This document shows positions 52,088 through 61,226 of a stretch of DNA of 64,000 bases, piece by piece. The notes beneath the pieces were generated by a model, which was not told the origin of the DNA, did no database searches, and saw only the letters and a list, made by a program, of their open reading frames with translations. The stretch comes from a bacterium (lineage in GTDB: Bacteria > Hinthialibacterota > Hinthialibacteria > Hinthialibacterales > Hinthialibacteraceae). The stretch spans positions 38,273-102,272 of the forward strand of contig CAXXSM010000018.1 of assembly GCA_963663405.2 (NCBI GenBank), given 5' to 3'. Each line of letters starts with the position of its first letter. Position 1 is the stretch's first letter. Position numbers and translations under genes: made by a program.

Positions 52088-53329
52088 ATGCGCCAGAATC
52101 GGAAGACCGAAAGGCTATACATGAGAACAAATCAGTGCGATGATGGAATAAAATTTATTCGTTTCAAAGGAGGCGCCAGGATGTTTATAATGCGGTTCTT
52201 ACTATCGATAACTACATTCTCTCTTCTTTTATCATTCACAAACTTACAGTCCAATGCGCAGATACGAAAGATTCCTCAATCATCTAAAGGGGGAACGCCA
52301 CAGGGGGAATTGTGGGAAAATGTGCCCTCCCACTTTCAGAAATACTCGTTTCCAGAATTTCCAATCCCCAAGCAATTGCCGGAATGGACGGAAAACCGGC
52401 GCGCGCAAGTGCGCGAAACACTTCTACAATGTTTGGGTGATATCCCCCCGCGTCCGGATAAACTCAATCTTAAAATTACCAATCGGGAAGAAAAGAACGG
52501 ATACATTCTGGAACGCTTCGAATTTGATAATGAAGTGGATGGGTGGGTGCCTGGTTATCTAATGATTCCATCCAATCAGAAAAAACCGGCGCCCGCGATA
52601 GTCGCTCTCCACGGACATGGAAGTTCAAAGGAGAGTGTGATGCTGGACGAAAGCAGTTCGCAAAAAGTCGGTGAACGGCTGGCTCGCGAAGGATACGTCG
52701 TAGCGGCGATTGATAACTATTTTAATGGGGACCGGATCGGCCGTGGCCCGTCATCGGATTTGGATGATAAACGCGGGCAGGAACATAGTTTATTCAAACT
52801 CCATTTGTGGTATGGCCGCTCGCTATGGGGGATGATGCTTCGTGACGAACAGATATTATTAGATTACTTGGAAACCCGCCCGGAAGTCGATTCAAGCCGG
52901 ATCGGCGCGACGGGAATGAGCATGGGATGCACCCGCAGCTGGTGGCTTGCGGCGATCGATGACCGCGTGAAAGCGATTGTTGGCGTCGCGTGTTTCACCC
53001 GCTACACAGATTTAATCGCTCATGGGAATTTGCGATATCATGGTATCTATTATTTCGTGCCGGGACTCATGAAACATTTCGACACCGAAGCGATCTACGC
53101 GCTGGTCGCGCCACGGCCTATGCTGATGCTCAGCGGCGATCAAGATGGTGGCGCGCCCACTTCCGGCATTGAAAAACTGGAGAAAATGATGGGTGAGATG
53201 TACGGTTTGTACAATGCGCCGGAGAATTTTCGCAGCGTAGTCTACGCCAATACCGGCCATGAATACCTGCCTGAAATGAAAGTGGAGATGCTGCAATGGT
53301 TCAAAACGCATCTGCCCGTTAAGGAATAA
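52088..53329 (+). CDS. Secreted alpha/beta hydrolase (dienelactone hydrolase/acetylesterase-like)
   Basis: Motifs ALHGHG, GMSMG nucleophile elbow, APRPML and GHEY. The real start is probably 30-35 codons into the ORF. Confidence 0.85.
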   Translation: MRQNRKTERLYMRTNQCDDGIKFIRFKGGARMFIMRFLLSITTFSLLLSFTNLQSNAQIRKIPQSSKGGTPQGELWENVPSHFQKYSFPEFPIPKQLPEWTENRRAQVRETLLQCLGDIPPRPDKLNLKITNREEKNGYILERFEFDNEVDGWVPGYLMIPSNQKKPAPAIVALHGHGSSKESVMLDESSSQKVGERLAREGYVVAAIDNYFNGDRIGRGPSSDLDDKRGQEHSLFKLHLWYGRSLWGMMLRDEQILLDYLETRPEVDSSRIGATGMSMGCTRSWWLAAIDDRVKAIVGVACFTRYTDLIAHGNLRYHGIYYFVPGLMKHFDTEAIYALVAPRPMLMLSGDQDGGAPTSGIEKLEKMMGEMYGLYNAPENFRSVVYANTGHEYLPEMKVEMLQWFKTHLPVKE

Positions 53330-53389
53330 CACTTATTAACAATTGGACTTTCTTAAACAATTTTTTTTATTTAGTGATGAGGTAATGAT

Positions 53390-54478
53390 ATGAGTGAAAC
53401 AGCTACGAACAAAGCCGTGCAGCGGCTCACCTGTCTCGACGCCTACCGCGGCGCCATCATGATATCACTGATATCCCATGGATTCGGGTTTTCCGCGTTT
53501 GAAGGACATCCCTATTTGGGATTTTTAGCGACTCAGACGGAACATGTCCGCTGGTCGGGGGCGGTGTATTGGGATTTAATTCAACCCGCGTTTATGTTCA
53601 TGGTCGGCGTGGCTATGCCGTTCGCCTACGCCAAACGGATATCGCTGGGAGAAACACATGGGAAGATCTTTATCCACGCCTTCCGGCGATGTTTTAACCT
53701 CGTTCTGATCGCGGCGATTTTCTCCTCCATTCATCAAGGCTCTCCCACATATACCTTGGTCAACGTGCTTCCACAAATCGCGTTCGGATATTTGCTGACC
53801 TTTCTTGTATTGCACAAGAGTTATCAAACACAAGGGATCTTCTCGCTCTCGATTTTGGTCGTGTATACAATTATATGGGTTCTCTATCCAGGGAATGGTG
53901 AGGGCGGTCCGTGGGCCGAAGGAGACGCCAACATGGGAGGGGATTTTGAATATTGGATTATGGGCGCGCACAGCAGTGGTCATTGGGTATCCTTGAACGC
54001 CTTCCCCTCAACCGTGAACATCGTCGCGGGGGTGATGTGTGGACGGCTGATATCCAGCGATCGCACGCCACAAGAGATCATGAAGATTTTCGCCATATCC
54101 GCCATCGCATTGATCGCCGCCGGTTTGGCGCTCAGCCCCGTGATTCCTATGGTTAAACGGATAATGACAGCGTCCTTCACCCTCTATTCAACTGGATGGG
54201 CGATTCTTTTCCTGCTTCTTTTCTATTGGGTAATTGAAGTGCTGGAATACAAACGCTGGTCGTTCTTCTTTGTCGTGATCGGAATGAATTCCATCGCGGC
54301 GTATGTGGTCTTCCAGTTGTTCCGTGGATGGATTAATAATGCCGTTTTGGTCTTCAGCCGCTATGCGGTGGAAAACATGGGACCGTATGGAGAAGTGCTG
54401 CAAGCCTTACTCGTGCTTGGTGTGATATGGTATATTTTCTATTTCCTTTATAAGAAAAAAGTGTTCTTTAAAGTGTAG
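53390..54478 (+). CDS. HGSNAT/NagX-like (DUF5009/DUF1624) membrane acyltransferase
   Basis: Motifs RLTCLDAYRG, H..W.G...DLIQPAFMFMVG, KRIMTASF, GMNSI and LYKKKVFFKV. Confidence 0.85.
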   Translation: MSETATNKAVQRLTCLDAYRGAIMISLISHGFGFSAFEGHPYLGFLATQTEHVRWSGAVYWDLIQPAFMFMVGVAMPFAYAKRISLGETHGKIFIHAFRRCFNLVLIAAIFSSIHQGSPTYTLVNVLPQIAFGYLLTFLVLHKSYQTQGIFSLSILVVYTIIWVLYPGNGEGGPWAEGDANMGGDFEYWIMGAHSSGHWVSLNAFPSTVNIVAGVMCGRLISSDRTPQEIMKIFAISAIALIAAGLALSPVIPMVKRIMTASFTLYSTGWAILFLLLFYWVIEVLEYKRWSFFFVVIGMNSIAAYVVFQLFRGWINNAVLVFSRYAVENMGPYGEVLQALLVLGVIWYIFYFLYKKKVFFKV

Positions 54479-54535
54479 ACAAGTTGAAGAATATTGATAT
54501 CGTAGGTGAATTCTAAAAAATAGAATAAATCCATA

Positions 54536-54976
54536 TTAGATATCTATTTTAGGAAAAATTCCAATTTGTGTGTTATCCATAGCGATTCCAAATCGAGATA
54601 AAAATGTCTTTCTTCCTAATAGACGTAAATTTGGATTGATAGATGATGAAAATCCGATAGAAATAGGCAGTGGTGGAAAATGACCTATTTTAATCATTAC
54701 ACTTCTTTTGATAAATAATTTCATTGTCGATCCCGCTTTAATTCCACTCAAGAGGCTTTCATCATCATATTTTGTAATGTCAATCCCAAGTCTCTCTGCC
54801 TCGCTTGTATGCATCAATGTTATAGAAGCTCCCGTATCTACGATGAAATCAATATCATTATTCCACTGATCATCTTTATCACCTAAAATACTAATTTTAA
54901 CATAAGATTTCACCGAATATTGATTTATAACACCATTATTACCTGTTACACTACCACGTCTATCTATCTTGAACAT
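54536..54976 (-). CDS. Retropepsin-like (clan AA) aspartyl protease
   Basis: FIVDTGASITLM..EAERLGI and LLGRKTFLSRF. The start overlaps the upstream stop (TGATG) and has a GGAGG RBS. Confidence 0.85.
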   Translation of the reverse strand: MFKIDRRGSVTGNNGVINQYSVKSYVKISILGDKDDQWNNDIDFIVDTGASITLMHTSEAERLGIDITKYDDESLLSGIKAGSTMKLFIKRSVMIKIGHFPPLPISIGFSSSINPNLRLLGRKTFLSRFGIAMDNTQIGIFPKIDI

Positions 54977-55593
54977 CAAATAACCTCCATAGGTTTAAAC
55001 ATTATGAATGGTTTTTCGTTAGGGTATTTTTTTTTAACTTCTTCAAGTAAATCCTTCTTTTTTGATGAGCTAGCTACTGGTTTGCCATTGATAAAAGCAA
55101 TTAACTCACCAGTATACTTTTCTTGTAGTTCTTCAATATGTTCGGCAATCCATGCGGATGTTGGTTCGTGTTCATCTTGAGTAAATTTCTTTAATTCCTC
55201 TTTTACTGCGTTCAATAATATTTTAGTGGATTTTGGACGATTCTTATCAATGTAATTATTTGCTCCAGATTTCATTGCGAACACACAATTATCGAATGTT
55301 GGATATGCAGTATAGACGATTTTTATTTTGGGAAGAGATTTATTTAGTTCTTTTAGTATTTTCTTTCCTCCATCAGATTCATCTGGATCGAACCTCCAAT
55401 CAATGATAACAACATCAAATCTCTTTTCACATTTTATCAATATACTCTCGGCTTCCTTATATGAATCGGCAGTTTCAACAACAAAATTGTACAATTCATC
55501 TACTTCAAAAATTCTCTTTAATTCATCTCTCACAATTTTTTCATCATCAATTATCAAGATTCTTCTTATCATTTTTTTTTGTTTTTTGGTCAT
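54976..55593 (-). CDS. Response regulator: REC domain fused to a DUF5678-like domain
   Basis: REC motifs ILIIDDE, DVVIIDW, YTAY and YIDK. The C-terminus is WIAEHIEELQEKYTGELIAFINGKPVASS..LLEEVKKKYPNEKPFIMFKP. Confidence 0.82.
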   Translation of the reverse strand: MTKKQKKMIRRILIIDDEKIVRDELKRIFEVDELYNFVVETADSYKEAESILIKCEKRFDVVIIDWRFDPDESDGGKKILKELNKSLPKIKIVYTAYPTFDNCVFAMKSGANNYIDKNRPKSTKILLNAVKEELKKFTQDEHEPTSAWIAEHIEELQEKYTGELIAFINGKPVASSSKKKDLLEEVKKKYPNEKPFIMFKPMEVI

Positions 55594-55608
55594 AATATTA
55601 TCTTCTCC

Positions 55609-58098
55609 TCAATTATTATAATTCAACCAAAATGGTAATATAATGTTAAATTTCGCTCCACCAGAAAAACCAGATTCAGCGTAGATTCTTCCACCCATTT
55701 TTTCAACATTACGACGGATTATTTGTAATCCTAATCCACTTCCTCTCTTTTTTTTACTATAAAAGGGCTCAAATATTTTCTCTTCATCATTTTTAGTAAT
55801 ACCAGGTCCATTATCGGAATATATAATTTTAATATAAGTGCCCTCTGGAAGCAATCCATTATTTTCAATTTCAAAATTTGATGGGAAATCAAAATTTATT
55901 TCAACAGTTGGATTATTTGGATTGGCCTCTTTCGAATTGGAAAAGAGATTGATAAGAGAAATTCGAAACGCTTCGAAATCAACATCAATTTTACCATTGA
56001 TGTGTTTTACATTCTCATAAGTTGGAATCACTATTACATCCTCAAAATCTGTTCTTATAACAAAAAGTAATCGATCAATAATATCATGGAGTTTGTATTT
56101 CTGGGATTGTTTAAGATTCGCAGGTTTATTCAAAGCTTTAAAGTCATTGATAATATTTCCCGCGATAACAATATCGTCTAAGCATTTTTTGAATAATTCC
56201 ACTACATCATTACATTTCTCTAATTTACAGGTTTCAATTGCATCACGAAAACGGCTTTCAGTAAAAGGCAAAATATTACCCAGTTTATGGGCAGTCATGG
56301 CAGAAATCTCACGCCATCCCTCTTCTCTAGCAGCCTGAACGGCTTCTGCCGATCGAATACGCTGAAACGCTTTCTTCATTTGATCGATAAAAATAGTCAA
56401 GCATTCCTTGCTCCTTTGATCCATCAGAACTTTTTCCATTAAATTATCACAAAAGATGAAATAAATTTTATCACTTGAAACAAATAAGACAATTAATACA
56501 AATTCAATCCCGTTCAGTTTTTTTAATAATTTTTGTATTGGTGTTGAAAAATCCGATAATTTAAATATATCAAAAGAACTCATATGTGTATCAAACATAT
56601 CTATACAGGGATCATCTTTATCAATATCAAGAGTACTATTCATAGTCAGCTTATTAAGTTCAGTATTAAGTGTTAATCTATTAGTAAAGTTTGATATTGT
56701 AGATTTGGAAATAATCTCATCTTCATTAAACAGTTGATTCTCTTCTTTCCTCGGAAGTGATTCCATTGCCATACGGCCAACCATTCGACGCATAATTGGT
56801 ATATATTCAAAACACACACAACGTTTAAATCCTATTACTTGGCTATGCGTCAAACCAGCCAAAAAGAAATACATGAGTCGGTTTATATCATTTTGGTCAA
56901 GCAAAATAAATCCAATTTTGTATAAATTCATTAGACGGTCAATACGTTGTTTCTCTTCTTGTGTAATTAACGCGGCGTTTTCTACTATAAATGCGGCTAT
57001 GTTTGACAGAACTTCAAGAAGCTGTTCTTCTTCCTCAGTAAAATAATCTTCCGGATGGACACCATCAGTTTTTTTATTCTCTGCCTTTATAACGCCAATT
57101 ACTTCACTTCCAATAAATAAAGGCATTCCTACAAACGTATTGCATCCATTTTTTCCTTTATATTGCTTTGATGCATATTTCCCAATCCATGCAGGATGTT
57201 TTTTTAATTCATCTCTACTTTTTGCAGAGAACTTTTGCTTGGAAAGTACAATCCAGGCTGTCAAACCAATACCTTTTTGATCCACGTCCACATCAAGAGG
57301 ATATGTCATTTCTTTATCACTATCACTCAATTCATACCCCACCCATTTTCTCATCCGTAAGGTTTTCCTATCATCATCGATAAGAAATATTGAACAAGAG
57401 GTTGCATTTGAAATCTTTTTAAAAATATCTACAATCTTTTGTAAAACATCGTCTAATTGATAATTACCAATTACCGGTTCTGATATTTGATGAATCGAAC
57501 TAATAATACGAATACTCTGATTTCTTCTTTGCTCTTCCATCAGTTTTGCGTTTTCTATTGCAACCGCCGCTGTATTCGCTAAGATTTCAAAACATTGCTG
57601 TTCTTCGGTCGTGAAATATTCTTCAGGATGTTCATCTGTAGGAATTCTGTTATCTGCTCTAAGAACACCAACAACTTTATCACTAGAGATAAGGGGTACT
57701 CCAATGAATGAATAAGGCTTCGTATCTCCAGTGAATTGTTGTTTTTCAAATTTGCCTTTCCATGCCGGATGGGTAGACAATTCAGTTCGATTCGTTGCTG
57801 AATACCTTTTCTTGGTTAATGCAATCCATGCAGTAAGACCGATTTGTTTAGCAGTTGGATCTACGTTGAGATCATATTCCGCTTCATCAACTAGATTCTC
57901 TTTGTATCCAACGGAGGCTTTCATAATTAATTTATTTTTTTTTTCATCGATAAGAAAAATAGCGCAAGTGGAAGCTTTTGAGATATCTTTGTAACTTTCA
58001 ACAACTCTTTGAAGAAGATGATCAAGATCGAATTTGCCAACAATCGCAACAGATGCCTTCTGCAAAATATCAATTATATATGCTATATTTGTTTCCAT
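55609..58098 (-). CDS. Cytoplasmic tandem-GAF sensor histidine kinase
   Basis: Two ~190-aa GAF repeats (GLTAWI..HPAWxGK..FxGxPL..VxGV...N..YFTxEE) and a third degenerate one. H-box AHKLGN, N-box NLFSNS, DNGPGI, FEPFYS and GSGLGL. No TM segment. Confidence 0.9.
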   Translation of the reverse strand: METNIAYIIDILQKASVAIVGKFDLDHLLQRVVESYKDISKASTCAIFLIDEKKNKLIMKASVGYKENLVDEAEYDLNVDPTAKQIGLTAWIALTKKRYSATNRTELSTHPAWKGKFEKQQFTGDTKPYSFIGVPLISSDKVVGVLRADNRIPTDEHPEEYFTTEEQQCFEILANTAAVAIENAKLMEEQRRNQSIRIISSIHQISEPVIGNYQLDDVLQKIVDIFKKISNATSCSIFLIDDDRKTLRMRKWVGYELSDSDKEMTYPLDVDVDQKGIGLTAWIVLSKQKFSAKSRDELKKHPAWIGKYASKQYKGKNGCNTFVGMPLFIGSEVIGVIKAENKKTDGVHPEDYFTEEEEQLLEVLSNIAAFIVENAALITQEEKQRIDRLMNLYKIGFILLDQNDINRLMYFFLAGLTHSQVIGFKRCVCFEYIPIMRRMVGRMAMESLPRKEENQLFNEDEIISKSTISNFTNRLTLNTELNKLTMNSTLDIDKDDPCIDMFDTHMSSFDIFKLSDFSTPIQKLLKKLNGIEFVLIVLFVSSDKIYFIFCDNLMEKVLMDQRSKECLTIFIDQMKKAFQRIRSAEAVQAAREEGWREISAMTAHKLGNILPFTESRFRDAIETCKLEKCNDVVELFKKCLDDIVIAGNIINDFKALNKPANLKQSQKYKLHDIIDRLLFVIRTDFEDVIVIPTYENVKHINGKIDVDFEAFRISLINLFSNSKEANPNNPTVEINFDFPSNFEIENNGLLPEGTYIKIIYSDNGPGITKNDEEKIFEPFYSKKKRGSGLGLQIIRRNVEKMGGRIYAESGFSGGAKFNIILPFWLNYNN

Positions 58099-58256
58099 TT
58101 TTTAATTATTCCATTCCAATAAAAAAAATAAACAGGAAAATATATGTATATAAAATTTCATTTGAATACTATAATAAATAAATCCATAAACATGTTCAAG
58201 GTATATATTTTATCTTTTTTTTCTTTCTTTAGAAGATAATTAATAAGTTATCAAGA

Positions 58257-58290
58257 GAAAAAAAGGGGCGTTCCAAAGAACGTCCCTTTT
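58257..58290 (-). terminator. Rho-independent terminator of the 467-aa gene (possibly bidirectional)
   Basis: Minus strand reads AAAAGGGACGTTC-TTTG-GAACGCCCC followed by a T run. Confidence 0.8.
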
Positions 58291-58326
58291 GAATTCTATT
58301 TCTGGGATATTTACATATTCAATGAA

Positions 58327-59730
58327 TTAATACAACGCCCATTCGTTGACGTAGACGTCAACATCGCCGACGACGAGGCGGCCGAAACCGTTGGCGCCGC
58401 CGCTCCAGAGGATTTCCGCTGAGCCTTCGGGGAAACCTTCGGGAACGCTCATGGTGATTGTGGCGAGATAGGCGGCGTCCCAGTTGTCATCGTCGGCTTC
58501 TCCCTGAATCTCATCCCCCTCGCGGGAGTCAATCTGGTACGAGGAGACGAAATCACCTTCGATGCCGTCACCGTTCGGATCGAGCGCGATGGAATGAAGC
58601 GCGACCCAGGCGGTGGCGTCCATATATTCGGCATCGCTGCGGCTCTGCCATTTCGGTAGAGTGAGAACGGCGATGTAAGGCAGGCCATCCGCGGCCGCGA
58701 CATCGATAATGTTCCATTTATTGTATTTTTCCACTTCCGGCAAGTCAGACGGATCAGCTTCAGGATTCCATAATTCCTCGGAATCTTGTTCAAAATCACT
58801 AGCGCTTCCTTCGGGCCGGATGAATCGGTACAACCGGTCATCGCTGCCAGGGAAGCCCGTGCCAAATACCCATTCTTCCCCGAAATCTTCATCGATAATC
58901 GGAAGGCTGGCCGTTCCACCGGTACCGATTCCACCCCGTTGCTCCTGGCCCCGGTGGGTCTGCATTTCCCAACTGGCGCCGCCGTCACTGCTGGTGTAAT
59001 AGATGATGCCGCCACCATCGATCCAGAACCGGGCCGCTGTAGTCATGATTTTATTATCGCCTGAACCTTTTACGTTCATGGACTGAATCGTCCAAGCGCG
59101 GTAATGCAGCTCTTCGGAAACGGCCCAGTAGGGCGGATCCATTTCAGGATAGGTGAAGACGATTTCAGGACCGGTAAAGCCATAATTTCCATCCGGTGTA
59201 TAGCGAAGCACTTTATGCTTGTCACTGACATACAGGTATCCATCACCATCCACGGCGATTTGTACCCATTGTTCGGTCAGCGCCCAGCTACGGTCGCCTT
59301 CAGGACCATCCGGGTGTGTCCCCATACATTTCTGAATGTAATATTCAGAATCCTCTGATGGATGGATTCCCACGCTCAAAGCGACGCCCATTAACGAGCC
59401 ATCCACCGGGCTGATCCAGAGCGCGGAACGGTCTGGATATGTTTCAGCGATGGCAAGTTCTTCCGCCGTGGCGTTCGCTTCATCAATCCCGTTTTCGAGT
59501 AAGAACAGGATGAGACGGTCCGCGTCGTAACGAATCAGCGTGCTGAAGAAATCCATCGTATTCGCGCCATCATGTTCCCAGTTCGTTCCTTGTTGGGCTT
59601 TCAACCAGGGATGAAGTGGATTGTCATTGATGTTGATGAATTCCCACGCTTTTTTAAGTGTATAGTCCTGCGCGGTTCCCATTTGAACACACAGGGCCAA
59701 TACTAAAATTGCAAATCCTATTTTTCGCAT
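58327..59730 (-). CDS. Secreted acidic protein of unknown function, probably a beta-propeller
   Basis: AAGGAGG RBS, signal peptide and one Asp-box (YTSSDGGASW). Ends VYVNEWALY. Confidence 0.8.
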   Translation of the reverse strand: MRKIGFAILVLALCVQMGTAQDYTLKKAWEFININDNPLHPWLKAQQGTNWEHDGANTMDFFSTLIRYDADRLILFLLENGIDEANATAEELAIAETYPDRSALWISPVDGSLMGVALSVGIHPSEDSEYYIQKCMGTHPDGPEGDRSWALTEQWVQIAVDGDGYLYVSDKHKVLRYTPDGNYGFTGPEIVFTYPEMDPPYWAVSEELHYRAWTIQSMNVKGSGDNKIMTTAARFWIDGGGIIYYTSSDGGASWEMQTHRGQEQRGGIGTGGTASLPIIDEDFGEEWVFGTGFPGSDDRLYRFIRPEGSASDFEQDSEELWNPEADPSDLPEVEKYNKWNIIDVAAADGLPYIAVLTLPKWQSRSDAEYMDATAWVALHSIALDPNGDGIEGDFVSSYQIDSREGDEIQGEADDDNWDAAYLATITMSVPEGFPEGSAEILWSGGANGFGRLVVGDVDVYVNEWALY

Positions 59731-59944
59731 GAATCTTCCTCCTTATAAAGGAACTGTTTGAATAAAAAAACCGGTCAGCCGCATTGAAAAACGTCCCAGA
59801 AGCGTCTCTCAATAAATCAACTACCGATCTTTCTATCGAGACTAATAAATGATAATAATAGTTTTATTACGAAACAATAACTGTCAAGAGCGCCGATCTG
59901 ATACTATATATTCTAAATCTAAACACTGAGTAACTCAACCTTCT

Positions 59945-60067
59945 TCAACGTCCATCTACTTTTAGAGATTTCTCCATTTTCGCTCCATCGGCAATTTTCT
60001 CTTTCGTCACAAAACGCTCGATTCCCAGATGTTGAGGATAAAGATACTTCTCAACCAATTTTCCCAT
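59945..60067 (-). CDS. Candidate small protein (40 aa, or 55 aa from ATG 60112)
   Basis: MGKLVEKYLYPQHLGIERFVTKEKIADGAKMEKSLKVDGR*. Both possible ATGs have SD sequences (GGAGG and AAGGAG). Confidence 0.35.
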   Translation of the reverse strand: MGKLVEKYLYPQHLGIERFVTKEKIADGAKMEKSLKVDGR

Positions 60068-60274
60068 GTCTATATCCTCCGTATACCAAACATATTTCAG
60101 TTCCAGTTCCATCTAACTCTCCTTATAAAGAAGTGAACACCTTTTCAGTATTAGTGAACATAATATCACTTCCAAATATGTGGATCAAGTCCCTTTTGAA
60201 AAAAAAACAATACTGTTACCACGAAGGATTATAAATATGAACCAGTCTTCCTCTTCCACGCGCCAAACGATTTA

Positions 60275-60970
60275 TTGTATACTGCCACATGCGCACATAA
60301 TTCGTTACTAGGCCGATTCTCCATGAAGAAAACAGAAACATTAAAAACTAACATTCTGCTAACAATTTGGGGGCTCTCTCTCCTGCTCACGTATGTGTAC
60401 ACTGGTTGTTCGATCCCAGATCAAAATTCGATCCCCACTGAAATTATCCATACCAATGATCCTCCTTTATGTATCGGAACAACCTGTTTTGACGCTGTCC
60501 GGTTAGTGGATCAAACTCCCGTTCCGATCCGGGGGGCAGGACGGTACATCACGTTTGGAACGCCTCTCTACACTGCCGCGCTCTATGCGCCTGCCGGCGA
60601 TTTATCCACGGAGGAGATCCTTGGAGCCATCCCGAAGTGCCTGATTCTTCATTTTCATCGCCCGTTCTCGAAAAATGAATTCATCGATACGCTTGAATCC
60701 CAATTCTCTCTTAACACGGATCTGAACAAGAGTACGATTCAAGACCGCCTTGACCGGATGTATCTCAGTTTAAAGACCACGCAAAAGGGGGATCGATACG
60801 AATTCAGTTTTTACCCAAACGCCGGGACCCTCCTCCGGTTTAATGGAATCCAAAAGTGTTTTATTGCAGGAGATGATTTCGGCGCCGCGCTTTTTGGACT
60901 TTGGTTGTCATCGGACTGCTTCGATCATTTATTACGAGATCAATTGATGAACGCGGCATCGCTTGAATAA
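60275..60970 (+). CDS. Chalcone isomerase-like periplasmic protein
   Basis: Motifs GAGRY..F..LYTAALY, KGDRYEF.FYP..GT...NG and DFGAALFGLWLS. Likely start is ATG 60323. Confidence 0.78.
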   Translation: MYTATCAHNSLLGRFSMKKTETLKTNILLTIWGLSLLLTYVYTGCSIPDQNSIPTEIIHTNDPPLCIGTTCFDAVRLVDQTPVPIRGAGRYITFGTPLYTAALYAPAGDLSTEEILGAIPKCLILHFHRPFSKNEFIDTLESQFSLNTDLNKSTIQDRLDRMYLSLKTTQKGDRYEFSFYPNAGTLLRFNGIQKCFIAGDDFGAALFGLWLSSDCFDHLLRDQLMNAASLE

Positions 60971-61226
60971 CAAGCGCAGGACCAGAAAAAAATTCTCGTG
61001 ACATAAAATCGATTCTTTCATCTGAGAATATAGCCGAAGGGGATTCGCAAACATTCCTTGTCACGTATTTAGACTATTGGAATTTCTAAAATCATAGGAT
61101 AAAACCCTATTGTCATATTACATCTATTATAATATAATACATGGAGTTTTTTTATTGGAATTCAGTTCAAGAGTGGGGCTTTACGCATAGTTGGTCTCCC
61201 ATCTTGATTTGGAAAGGTTGAGCGGA

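Noticed and set aside
54507-58298. TGAATTCTA direct repeat flanking the AT-rich island as att or TSD sites
   Set aside because: It is only 9 bp in AT-rich DNA, no integrase is present, and the neighbouring gene's terminator lies inside the repeat.
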